Shown here in pieces: positions 31,301 to 39,489 of a stretch of 39,603 bases of DNA. Made by a program: the position numbers and the translations under genes. Location of the stretch: IMG/VR virus record IMGVR_UViG_3300020183_000194, positions 1-39,603 of that record; one strand, written 5' to 3'. Every line of letters starts with the position of its first letter. The first letter of the stretch is position 1. The stretch comes from a virus. Lineage: Duplodnaviria; Caudoviricetes. The notes under the pieces are model-generated. The model had not been told where the DNA came from. It ran no database searches and saw nothing but the letters and a program-made list of their open reading frames with translations.

Positions 31301-32014
31301 AAAAATAAAACAATAAATTATTTTAATTTTGAAATGATTGCTGAAGTTCAATATTTAAGTGGTTTTGAAAAAATAGAAAACACCGATGATTTAAATTTAA
31401 ATAATCCAATTTGGAAAACCTTGGATAAAGAATATATTGATAGCATACAAGCAGAAAAAGAAATATTATGTCGTATCAAGTCTTTTGAAAATTTAAATTT
31501 AAAAATTCGCTCTTCTTCTGATTTAGAAAAAAGATATTATGATAAGTATTTTATAATAAAAACAACAGCACTACCAGAAGCGCCACCATTAACAAGAGAT
31601 AGAATATTTAGTAATCCTATTGTTGAAAACTTATTAGATTCATTAAGACAAGGTTTTCCGGGAATAAGAATAAGAGAGTCTACAAATATAGCTACAGCGC
31701 CCACAATGATTCCAATGAGTATTGAAATAATAAGAACTGATAGTTCCGGAAACAGACAAATAACTAATATTAAAGATATTAAAGATATTGTAGCAAAAGA
31801 TATAAATAAAAATATAGATGTAAAGGTCGGAAAACCACCAACTCCAGCATCTGCTTTTGCGGCTGCTCAAGCATTATCTTTGGCGGTTCAAGAATCAAAT
31901 ATATCAAATAATTTTAGAAGCAGTAATCATATTCCAAATAGAAATATCTCTAAAAAAACAACACAAGTCGAACAGAATATAAGACAAAGAGCAACAAGAA
32001 TTAGAGGAATGTGA
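28394..32014 (+). CDS. 1206-aa hypothetical structural protein
   Basis: Long ORF with GTG start and GAGGT SD at 28383; low-complexity C-terminus. Confidence 0.75.
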   Translation: MAATTQEEILSGILPRVSIEKITLSNQSDNLIISVELNIKEVLDNNFFGSWFDDINIKKYILIDVVQSTDAQLTEALSFSNDMIQLCNLSRGKKSTADTRIKALSYLTGKKSLRELLRLLETKTTRVAVSLSDTGNKNIKDYPAYTNSDGQKVYEISYKANFSLQNNVEPQHLAYFAVCSIDLPTLCSDLRIDYDIGESLEENGKVVSEVIIQDSKIAGYSYVYVDNNGVAWSGPVHQNDAGEWRSGDDETTNSITLSRITVSNTKIQDFRNLAEIERMFLDFNQQYNAQGVPIKNSFSLNNTLRQFTKIQSVDYKADKNMSEFTDAFSSIDSEGNVKFLFGIEFVNILKNYSKFSKLYDSNNETFKRETISNTKILDLKLFRRRIKNSVLLDNTGARLNLEKLDENEPDELILQTKDISWKNLLDLNNEKASIRETELLVDNDNEFMRYFTGVDKTFKQLSDGVYQYYIEFELEDGTIQVIKDQLLNLSLAKNQLTEYYNKVSKPTMRKFLLESQDPHIDSPKETSNNSVITDYGYDIVSNKLSPQLVSNLLREYRGNKAATAPWVNSVAIFGTALDVFSNSIQTDDDRRNMINFLSTNLMPNSTNPSIISKIIELIDYFISSLSNTFDIHVENRNDVSAVSPLSSRTSKSFKVVKFFSEIFDSNFLKSFNIDYLSTTPGELGRQDGLAVLNKNKLVERVSNEMSKFFTGENLTLNFSGEQQAVSENIKYSFFTPTRLDFRNRSVVFSGTENDNNTGQNRVLENFYNSSTQYEKALSIYADILNFKLDVNGKNRQRISNEQQERPNLSPSERTAARVREQVRTSRKLNDLFSDFASITINKFQTSDSAVVLGNSNIKSLNNLMGSLSSGAIRNKQSNNLSYTTNSSANINNIISNTELDYVKELANKNANSIKIINGRVLGFDGRRTFSVSKLNKIPNQIRALILKPQQLSTNINGNLDYTANFSTYIKNKTINYFNFEMIAEVQYLSGFEKIENTDDLNLNNPIWKTLDKEYIDSIQAEKEILCRIKSFENLNLKIRSSSDLEKRYYDKYFIIKTTALPEAPPLTRDRIFSNPIVENLLDSLRQGFPGIRIRESTNIATAPTMIPMSIEIIRTDSSGNRQITNIKDIKDIVAKDINKNIDVKVGKPPTPASAFAAAQALSLAVQESNISNNFRSSNHIPNRNISKKTTQVEQNIRQRATRIRGM

Positions 32015-32035
32015 TATAATTATTTAGGAATATAT

Positions 32036-35000
32036 ATGGCAAATAATAGACAACAAGCAATAGCGGCAGCAAAAGAAGCAGCAAAACAAAATGCTAGAAA
32101 TAAAATATTAGATATAAGAAGTAAAGGCGCCGCCGATGCTGAAAGAAATTCCTATGAACCTCCAGCAGAAGAAAGAGGTTTTAGCTTTAATATAATGAAT
32201 TATCAGGCTGGCTGGCTTTCAACTGGAAAAACATTACCAGAAGGTGTTATACAAATTAGACCGCCATCTGTTTTAGGTTTTAGAAGTGGCTGTAGAGATT
32301 TAGAAAACATTCTAGCCAACATGAACGAACAAGGTGTAGATGATGACGACACCGCAGCGGGACAAAATGGAACACAAGCAGCTGCTGGCACTTCTGGCGC
32401 AATCGGATTGGCTGATTTAAGAGGCAGATTACCACAAGGTGGCATCACTTCTTTAGCGGAGCCAGTTAGAGATATGTTTAGACCTAAAATCCCTTCATAT
32501 GATAATAATTCTGGTAATACCGTAGCAACAGAAGAGCCACCAGAGCCATCTGAAGACGCTATAAACGCTTTAGATTCTCAATCGCAACAATCGATTTCTC
32601 CTAACTTATCAGCATTTCAAGATTCACCTTTTCTTGGATTAGGCAGAACTGCCACAATAATAGACAGAGATGATTATGCCGTTCCAATAGCAAACTTATC
32701 AAGAGATTATGGTATAGAAAAAAGCTTAATTACAGATCATATAAAGTATTTTAACGGTTCTTTTTATGTTCTCGATACAAACTCTAATTTAAAATTTTAT
32801 AAAAATTTAAATTTTAAAAAATACTATACAACAAGATTAGATAAACTTAGCACATTTGATAATAGTGCTACATTAAACAGTGCTTCTTTAGAGAGTTATT
32901 CCTTTAGGTTTGGTTCAGATTTAAGAGTTAGAAATTCACAAGACTCAGAAAGATTTAAAAACAGTTTTATAATCGGGGATTCTTTTACTGGTTCTATATT
33001 AAATCAAAATAAAAATACATTTAATTTTGAACAATTAGTAAATGAAAATATTGATTTATTTGATAATAGTTTTTCATTACAATTACCTTTTGAAAATTCT
33101 GAATTATTAAACACATTAAATTTAATTGGCGCTTCTATTATTGATATAAAAGAAAATTATAATTTTTATATTAAAGAATATGAAAAAATAGCTACGAAAG
33201 AATATTCCGAATCACAAGAAAATGTTTTTCCAAATTTATATGTTTTAAATGCCATCCTTGAAGAAAAAACAGAAGATAAAGATTTCCTATCTTCACTCGC
33301 GGCTTTGGATGGACAAGTACAAAATGGGAATCGATTTTTACTAAACAGTTCTGAAAGAGTTGTTTTTGGCATAAAAGATGGAATTGGAGAATATTTTGAT
33401 TTATTTGGTTTAAATTATGAAAATTTAAAAACAACTAATAAAAATTTATATAATTCTTATAATAAGAAACTTAATAATATAATTTTATTATCTGATTCAA
33501 CAAGCAAATTAAATGAAATAAATAAAAAGAAATATATGTTTCCAATGTCGGTAGAATTATCGATTCCAACAGACAAAACAACAACTATAACAAGAACCTT
33601 GATGGATTCAGATTTGCTCGATAGCTTTATGATGAAGTTATATGATTTGTATTCTCAGAGGCGATTTCAATCCAAAGAATCTATTATTACAGAAACACTT
33701 TTTACTCAAAAAATAAATCCAGGTAATCAACAAACAGAAACAAGTCAAACATTTAGTTCAAAAAGAAAAAATATAAATATTTTAAATATTTCTGATTTAT
33801 TGGAAGATATTAAACAAAGTCCAATAGATTTAAATAAATCAGACTATACTGTTATAGGTGATACAACAAAATATATGAGAACAAATACAAACTCTATGAG
33901 TTTTGTAAATGGATTGAGAAATATTATATTTAATTCTAAATTAAATACATTTGTAAGAGGCAGCTATAGAACATATCGAGATATTCTAGATGGTAAAAAA
34001 TGTTATAATGAGACAGTAGCATTTAGAATATCAAAATACGAAGTTGGAAGTAATTCGCCTATACAAAATTATTGGATTCCAAACAATCCAGATTTAGATG
34101 TATTAAGCATTGTAGATACTCAAGTTAAATACGAAAAAGAATATGTATATAAAATATTTGCTTATCAATTTGTTTTGGGAAATAGAATAACTCAAAAATA
34201 CAATAACCAAGGAACAACTGCCGATACCTTTAAGATTGATGTTGAAAATTTACCAGAAGCCAATTTAATGGAAGTTGAACTTTTGTCAGCAACAAAAAGA
34301 GTTGCTGACACTCCTCCTCTATCTCCAGAAATATTGTTTGTGCCTTATTTTGGTGTAGATAATAAAATTGGATTATTCTTAAATGGAAGAACTGGGGAAG
34401 AAAAATTAGAACCGATCAATATATTAAACTCAGATCAACAAATAACATCTTTATATAAAAGAAACTTAAACAATACTGTTTTATATAAATCTGATGATAT
34501 AGCAAAAAGATTTGAAATTATGAAATTAGAAAATAAACCAAATTCGTATTCTGATTTCTCAAAAGGATTTATAAAATTAGTAAATACTGATGTGGATCCA
34601 GCAACCATACAAAATGCTAGTGCGGCAACTTTTATTGATACAATAGAACCAAATAAAAAATATTATTATTGTTTTAGAACAGTAGATACTCACGAAAAAT
34701 TATCCAATCCAAGTCAAATATTCGAAGTTGAAATGGTGAATGAAAAAGGTATGGTATTTCCAATAATTAAAAATTATGAATTTGAAAAACCAACATATTC
34801 AAATGTAAAAGAAATAAGAAGATTTATCAAAATAAAACCAGCTTCTCAACATACATTTTTAAATTCTGAAACTTCACAAATACAAAACGATACAACAGCA
34901 CAACAATCATTAAGAAAAATAAAACTTGGATTGTCTGATGTTGCTGTTCCTTGGGGAAAAACATTTAAAATGGTGTTAACTTCAAAACAAACTGGTAAAA

Positions 35001-35041
35001 AATGTGAATTTAAGTTTAAATTTAATTACAAACCAGAATAA
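32036..35041 (+). CDS. 1001-aa hypothetical structural protein with C-terminal FN3/Ig-like domains
   Basis: VDTQVKYEKEYVYKIFAY and FIDTIEPNKKYYYCFRTVD resemble the FN3 tyrosine-corner strands. The N-terminus is Ala/acidic and looks disordered. Confidence 0.7.
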   Translation: MANNRQQAIAAAKEAAKQNARNKILDIRSKGAADAERNSYEPPAEERGFSFNIMNYQAGWLSTGKTLPEGVIQIRPPSVLGFRSGCRDLENILANMNEQGVDDDDTAAGQNGTQAAAGTSGAIGLADLRGRLPQGGITSLAEPVRDMFRPKIPSYDNNSGNTVATEEPPEPSEDAINALDSQSQQSISPNLSAFQDSPFLGLGRTATIIDRDDYAVPIANLSRDYGIEKSLITDHIKYFNGSFYVLDTNSNLKFYKNLNFKKYYTTRLDKLSTFDNSATLNSASLESYSFRFGSDLRVRNSQDSERFKNSFIIGDSFTGSILNQNKNTFNFEQLVNENIDLFDNSFSLQLPFENSELLNTLNLIGASIIDIKENYNFYIKEYEKIATKEYSESQENVFPNLYVLNAILEEKTEDKDFLSSLAALDGQVQNGNRFLLNSSERVVFGIKDGIGEYFDLFGLNYENLKTTNKNLYNSYNKKLNNIILLSDSTSKLNEINKKKYMFPMSVELSIPTDKTTTITRTLMDSDLLDSFMMKLYDLYSQRRFQSKESIITETLFTQKINPGNQQTETSQTFSSKRKNINILNISDLLEDIKQSPIDLNKSDYTVIGDTTKYMRTNTNSMSFVNGLRNIIFNSKLNTFVRGSYRTYRDILDGKKCYNETVAFRISKYEVGSNSPIQNYWIPNNPDLDVLSIVDTQVKYEKEYVYKIFAYQFVLGNRITQKYNNQGTTADTFKIDVENLPEANLMEVELLSATKRVADTPPLSPEILFVPYFGVDNKIGLFLNGRTGEEKLEPINILNSDQQITSLYKRNLNNTVLYKSDDIAKRFEIMKLENKPNSYSDFSKGFIKLVNTDVDPATIQNASAATFIDTIEPNKKYYYCFRTVDTHEKLSNPSQIFEVEMVNEKGMVFPIIKNYEFEKPTYSNVKEIRRFIKIKPASQHTFLNSETSQIQNDTTAQQSLRKIKLGLSDVAVPWGKTFKMVLTSKQTGKKCEFKFKFNYKPE

Positions 35042-35054
35042 TATCCATAAAACA

Positions 35055-35063
35055 CTATTTATA
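35055..35063 (+). promoter_or_regulatory. Putative late promoter CTATTTATA
   Basis: Intergenic, followed by AGGAG (35068) and ATG 35081. Confidence 0.6.
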
Positions 35064-35080
35064 CCGTAGGAGAATACATA

Positions 35081-36028
35081 ATGGCATTTCTTGATAACAG
35101 TGGCGACATAATTTTGGATGCTGTATTAACAGATACAGGAAGATACAGATTAGCAAAAGGCGATGGAAGCTTTAGAGTTGCCAAGTTTGCTCTTGGTGAT
35201 GATGAAATAAATTATCGTCTCTACGACAAAAATAATACAAGCGGCTCTGCTTATTATGATTTGAGTATATTACAGACACCAATTCTTGAGGCATTTACAG
35301 ATAACGCTGCCGGTCTTAAATCAAAATTGATGACAATATCAAGAAATAATCTTTTGTATCTCCCAGTTCTTAAATTAAATGAAATAAACAGCCTAACAAA
35401 AAGATATGCTAATGGTTCTTTTTTGGTCGCCGTTGATGAAACTACAGAAGATATAATGTTGACGACCGATGGTACAACAGTTGTTGGCACATTAAAAGGC
35501 GTAACCGTAAATGAAACAACAAATAATTATGTACAAATAGATCAAGGTTTAGATACAAATTATGAAGTTTCTCCAACAAATGGACTAGATGCTGATTTAA
35601 TTGAAACTCAATATATTATAGAAATTGATAATCGACTTGGCAATATTATTGCTCCGGGACAAAATGGCAGCACGGTTGCGAGAGCTTCTTATATAGATGA
35701 TGATAATATAGCGAGTTATTTCTTTTCACTTGGAAGCGATACTGCTTTTGTTAATGAGATAGATAATTTAACTAATGCTGCTGGTAATGGACAAGTTATA
35801 ACCGGTCCAAGAGGAACAAGATTAAATTTTTCTATTAGATCATCAATTGACTTACAGAATACCACTTTCTTGTTTGATCAACTTGGTGGAGAAGATAATA
35901 TTACTGGTTTAAAAGAGGGCACAAAACCAGTAAAATATATCGATACAAATATCAGAGTAATTGGCGCTACAACAGGCTATAGAGTTGATATTCCTGTAAG
36001 ATTTATAAAATACACACCACCAACTTGA
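35081..36028 (+). CDS. Tail/baseplate structural protein (N-terminus resembles tail-collar DUF3751 N-half)
   Basis: AVLTDTGRYRLA...FRVAKFALGD matches the LT..G...LA...F.vGD pattern at the start of P2 gpH-type fibres. Confidence 0.6.
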   Translation: MAFLDNSGDIILDAVLTDTGRYRLAKGDGSFRVAKFALGDDEINYRLYDKNNTSGSAYYDLSILQTPILEAFTDNAAGLKSKLMTISRNNLLYLPVLKLNEINSLTKRYANGSFLVAVDETTEDIMLTTDGTTVVGTLKGVTVNETTNNYVQIDQGLDTNYEVSPTNGLDADLIETQYIIEIDNRLGNIIAPGQNGSTVARASYIDDDNIASYFFSLGSDTAFVNEIDNLTNAAGNGQVITGPRGTRLNFSIRSSIDLQNTTFLFDQLGGEDNITGLKEGTKPVKYIDTNIRVIGATTGYRVDIPVRFIKYTPPT

Positions 36029-36045
36029 TAGATTAGGAGAAAAAG

Positions 36046-37065
36046 ATGGCAACAATATATAAAACATTTCTAAATAACGATGTTGTTTCGACAAGAACAT
36101 TATTACACGAATCAATTCCAATTACAGGAACAATAGTATCGGGAACATATTCAGATAATAATATTAAAAATTATGCTCACGGCATGTTTCAATCTGTATA
36201 TGATTATCCTTATCTAAGTTCATCAGCAAATCATATATTTGATATAACTGTTGGATTCAGTCCAAATTCAGCATTATCAAGTTCGTTGAATCAACAAAAT
36301 GCTAAAAAAATAAATGTCTATAATCAAATGGCGCAAGTTCTTGCTGGTAATGATATCACTGGAAGCATACTTGAATTTGATCAAGATGGCAATATTGTTG
36401 GTGGCGGTCCAAAATTAAAAGAAGTATTTTTCGTAAACTTCTCAAGACTTCTTGTTAAAGATGAAATCAAAAAAGATACATTTAGATTAAGTCTTGGAAC
36501 CGGTTCATTTAGTACTCCATATGACGGAACTTTAAAAGTTGTTGGTGATTATGGCGCTCAAAATGAATATCGTGTAAATTCCCCAGCCGGTGAATATGGT
36601 ATTTTATATACCGGCTCTGCTGCTGTTGAAGGAACCGGTGTAGGATTGCTATTTTATCAAGCCGGTATTGCTGTTCTTACTGCTTCACTATTTGTTGGAG
36701 CAACTATGACCGGCTCAACTGGAAATGTGAGCAATCTTTTCCAAACAAGTTCGATGCAGGTTGCTGCTGATTCGTTGAGAAGAAGAATAAATAATGTTGA
36801 ATTCAACAATACAACAGAGCTTAATTCAACAATTTATTTCTGTAGATTAAACCATAATGAATTTAATTATAGTTCTAATCCAACATATTTAAGTTCAAGT
36901 AAGATTGTTGTCAAGAATAATGCTATCGACAATCCTGTAAGTTATATAACTTCAGTTGGTCTTTACTCAGCAGATAACGAATTACTTGCTGTGGCTAAAT
37001 TAAGTGAACCTCTAAAGAAAGATCCGACAAATGAAATGATATTAAGAGTTAGATTGGATTTTTAG
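36046..37065 (+). CDS. Tail structural protein (C-terminus resembles tail-collar DUF3751 C-half)
   Basis: EFNYSSNPTY...YITSVGLYSADNELLAVAKLSEPLKK...RVRLDF; AGGAG SD at 36035. Confidence 0.65.
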   Translation: MATIYKTFLNNDVVSTRTLLHESIPITGTIVSGTYSDNNIKNYAHGMFQSVYDYPYLSSSANHIFDITVGFSPNSALSSSLNQQNAKKINVYNQMAQVLAGNDITGSILEFDQDGNIVGGGPKLKEVFFVNFSRLLVKDEIKKDTFRLSLGTGSFSTPYDGTLKVVGDYGAQNEYRVNSPAGEYGILYTGSAAVEGTGVGLLFYQAGIAVLTASLFVGATMTGSTGNVSNLFQTSSMQVAADSLRRRINNVEFNNTTELNSTIYFCRLNHNEFNYSSNPTYLSSSKIVVKNNAIDNPVSYITSVGLYSADNELLAVAKLSEPLKKDPTNEMILRVRLDF

Positions 37066-37067
37066 TT

Positions 37068-37081
37068 TTACACCGGTGTAA
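37068..37081. repeat. Perfect 14-bp palindrome TTACACCGGTGTAA
   Basis: Self-complementary sequence beginning 3 nt after the stop at 37065. Confidence 0.9.
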
Positions 37082-37189
37082 GAAAGTTGCTTTACACTCC
37101 GCAAGTTTTCAGCAGTACAAAAATATTATGAAGAGAATGGAATGATATTTGAAGAGTGGACCGAAAAGAACAATCCTTATTTAGTATAA
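37082..37189 (+). pseudogene. C-terminal remnant of a TnsA-N/T4 gp4-like PD-(D/E)XK endonuclease
   Basis: Open frame with no start before the conserved part: ESCFTLRKFSAVQKYYEENGMIFEEWTEKNNPYLV*. It fits the K..aa..y....g..F..wTE family ending. Confidence 0.55.
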
Positions 37190-37205
37190 AATCAACAAAA
37201 CAAAG

Positions 37206-37234
37206 AAACTGCCTATTTATTTTAGGCAGTTTTT
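37206..37234 (+). terminator. Hairpin AAACTGCCTA-N7-TAGGCAGTTT with T-tract; intrinsic terminator or RBS-occluding stem containing the late promoter motif
   Basis: 10-bp perfect stem (37206-37215 / 37223-37232). CTATTTAT lies at 37213-37220 and the next ATG at 37239. Confidence 0.7.
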
Positions 37235-37238
37235 ATTT

Positions 37239-38195
37239 ATGGCAAGACCAAAACAATTTATAACAAAAGACGGAAATTTAAATAATTTTAAAACAGTTTC
37301 CGCTAATAATTTTAGCCAATTTCAATATGGCGATGTTATTACTGGTAGTGAATATCCATATACAGCAAACATAACAAGATATCATGTTTATGATTATCAA
37401 GACAGAGATTATGTTAAAGCATTAAAAAATACACTAGATTATTATCTTTATTCAAGCCCACATTTTGCTTATAGCTCTTCTTTGGGAAACAAAGAAACAC
37501 AAGAAATAAGTCTTATAACAATACCATCTATTTTTTATGGTTCTTCGATCCGCAAAGGTAGTATAAATTGTAAATGGTATTTAACTGGAACTCTTATAGC
37601 AGAATTGGAAGATATAAATAGAAATGGCGAATTAATACAAGTTGGTCCAAGTGGCAGTAATGGCTCTGGTAGTGTTGCTGGTGTTGTTTTATATAAAGAA
37701 GGCTTTATATTATTAACCGGCTCTTGGAGTCTTCATTCAACTTATACAGATAAGTTTGGTTTAGATTCGTCTTTTTATTCCGCATCGTGGAAATATTTCA
37801 TGAACACCGGTTCATCGGAAGTAAACCTAACTCCTTCTTCCAGTTTCTTATTAGATTTTGAAGGAACAAATTATATACCAACAATAACAATGTTGGCCCA
37901 CGCTCAACAAGGTGAATTAAATCATTCAAACAATCCAACTTATATTCAATACGGGCAAGAACAACAACCAACAACTGGAAGTTTTGGTTATATAGAAAAT
38001 AGTAAATTATTAATAAAAAATATGGTTAGTTCATCTTTTGTTGACGAAGAGCCCGATTTCAAGAAAACAACTTATATTTCGAAAATAGCAATATACGATG
38101 AGCAAAAAAATCTAATAGGTGTTGCCAAACTAGCAAATCCGGTAAGAAAAAGAGAATTAGATAGTTATACATTTAAATTAAAAATGGATATGTAA
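37239..38195 (+). CDS. Tail structural protein, paralog of 36046-37065
   Basis: ELNHSNNPTY...YISKIAIYDEQKNLIGVAKLANPVRK...KLKMDM; GVVLYKEGFILLT corresponds to GLLFYQAGIAVLT. Confidence 0.65.
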   Translation: MARPKQFITKDGNLNNFKTVSANNFSQFQYGDVITGSEYPYTANITRYHVYDYQDRDYVKALKNTLDYYLYSSPHFAYSSSLGNKETQEISLITIPSIFYGSSIRKGSINCKWYLTGTLIAELEDINRNGELIQVGPSGSNGSGSVAGVVLYKEGFILLTGSWSLHSTYTDKFGLDSSFYSASWKYFMNTGSSEVNLTPSSSFLLDFEGTNYIPTITMLAHAQQGELNHSNNPTYIQYGQEQQPTTGSFGYIENSKLLIKNMVSSSFVDEEPDFKKTTYISKIAIYDEQKNLIGVAKLANPVRKRELDSYTFKLKMDM

Positions 38196-38196
38196 A

Positions 38197-38601
38197 ATGT
38201 TAAAAAAATTTGAAAGTAGCGACATATTTGTAAATCGTATAAAAGCTCATCCAAGAATAAGAGTTTTAACTTATTCCGGAAGCCTATATTATAACAACGA
38301 TTCAATCTCACAAGATGGCGCTAGATTATTTGATTTCTTAATCGAACCAGACCCCCCGCCAAGTTCAATTCAAAGCTTCACAGATAGTTTTGAATTTGCC
38401 GGTAATTGGAATGATGCTGTTGATATAACAACTGCTCTTTCTGGAACTTCAACATTTGCATCGCCAGACTTCACAGATAGTTTTGAATTTGAAGGCAATT
38501 GGAATGACGCTGTTGATATAACAACTGTTCTTTCCGGCAACACAACATTTACATCACCAGATTTCGCAGATAGTTTTGAAACTGGAAGTGGTGGTTGGTA
38601 A
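38197..38601 (+). CDS. Small protein with 31-aa FxDSFE tandem repeats
   Basis: 134-aa ORF abutting the upstream stop; PPP linker followed by the repeats. Confidence 0.75.
   Translation: MLKKFESSDIFVNRIKAHPRIRVLTYSGSLYYNNDSISQDGARLFDFLIEPDPPPSSIQSFTDSFEFAGNWNDAVDITTALSGTSTFASPDFTDSFEFEGNWNDAVDITTVLSGNTTFTSPDFADSFETGSGGW
38377..38580 (+). repeat. 93-bp tandem repeat, 2.2 copies
   Basis: Units start at 38377, 38470 and 38563 (TTC[A/G]CAGATAGTTTTGAA...). Confidence 0.95.
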
Positions 38602-38635
38602 TTATTTTTATATATATTAATAGGAGTTTTTAAAC

Positions 38636-39451
38636 ATGTCTCAAAGTGATTTTTTGATTACAGCTGGAAATGCAGATAACGCAGGCGGAACATACTACAC
38701 CGGTTCAGCTATTTTAAATAGTGATCTATCAAATCCGCTAACTTCTTCTATTAATTGTAGGGTATATAATCAGGAAAATCTCTCTGGTTTTGCTGCCATA
38801 CATGGTTTATATTTTGTAAGCTCATCTGTGAGTGGAGGAGTATTAACCAATATTCCAGAGACGAAATCAGTATCTTTAAGATTGTGGGCTAGATTTACAG
38901 ATAGTAGTTTTTCAGATTACCAAAGAGTTAGTTTGTTGGCGAAACATAATGGATATAATACAGCAGATTATATGACTAATAATTCATATCCATATTCCGG
39001 ATATGAATTTGGATATAGAGATCAAAATAATGGAACTCTTTATTATAATTTTGGGAATTATAAAGCAAATACCGGCGCTACTTCGGTAGCAATATCTGGA
39101 TTCACTAATCTTGGTATAAATAAGTGGGTTGGTTTAAGAATGGATATTGTTCCCGTTCATGTAAATAGTATAATAAACGGAGCACCTACTAGTGGAATCT
39201 TCAAAGATATAATAACTTTATATACTGCTTCTTTGAGTACACCAGATACATGGAGTCAAGTATACACAACAGAACTAACAGTAGATGGAAACAATTTCGT
39301 TCCATGGGGTTCTTATAATACAATTAGTAGCGCGCCTGTAATTGGAACAGTAAGCACAGCTTCTTATGGATTTTCTGCTAGAAGTCAAGCTGATACAAAT
39401 TGTCGAACCTATTTTGATGACTTCCAAATATTCGTAGAAGACGCATTCTAA
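38636..39451 (+). CDS. Putative lectin-like beta-sandwich virion protein
   Basis: VSLRLWARF, GYEFG, NKWVGLRMDI and terminal YFDDFQIF are typical of concanavalin-like folds; AGGAG SD at 38622. Confidence 0.55.
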   Translation: MSQSDFLITAGNADNAGGTYYTGSAILNSDLSNPLTSSINCRVYNQENLSGFAAIHGLYFVSSSVSGGVLTNIPETKSVSLRLWARFTDSSFSDYQRVSLLAKHNGYNTADYMTNNSYPYSGYEFGYRDQNNGTLYYNFGNYKANTGATSVAISGFTNLGINKWVGLRMDIVPVHVNSIINGAPTSGIFKDIITLYTASLSTPDTWSQVYTTELTVDGNNFVPWGSYNTISSAPVIGTVSTASYGFSARSQADTNCRTYFDDFQIFVEDAF

Positions 39452-39461
39452 AAAGAGCAAC

Positions 39462-39470
39462 CTATTTATA
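39462..39470 (+). promoter_or_regulatory. Putative late promoter CTATTTATA
   Basis: Intergenic, followed by AGAGGA (39473) and ATG 39490. Confidence 0.6.
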
Positions 39471-39489
39471 ACAGAGGATAAAGAATAAT

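Noticed and set aside
31767-31789. ATATTAAAG x2.5 microrepeat
   Set aside because: In-frame 9-bp duplication (IKDIKDI) in a low-complexity tail; unremarkable at this AT content.
38377-38580. 93-bp repeat as a DGR template/variable pair or CRISPR array
   Set aside because: Differences are not confined to adenines, the units are in-frame and adjacent with no spacers, and no reverse transcriptase or cas gene is in the window.
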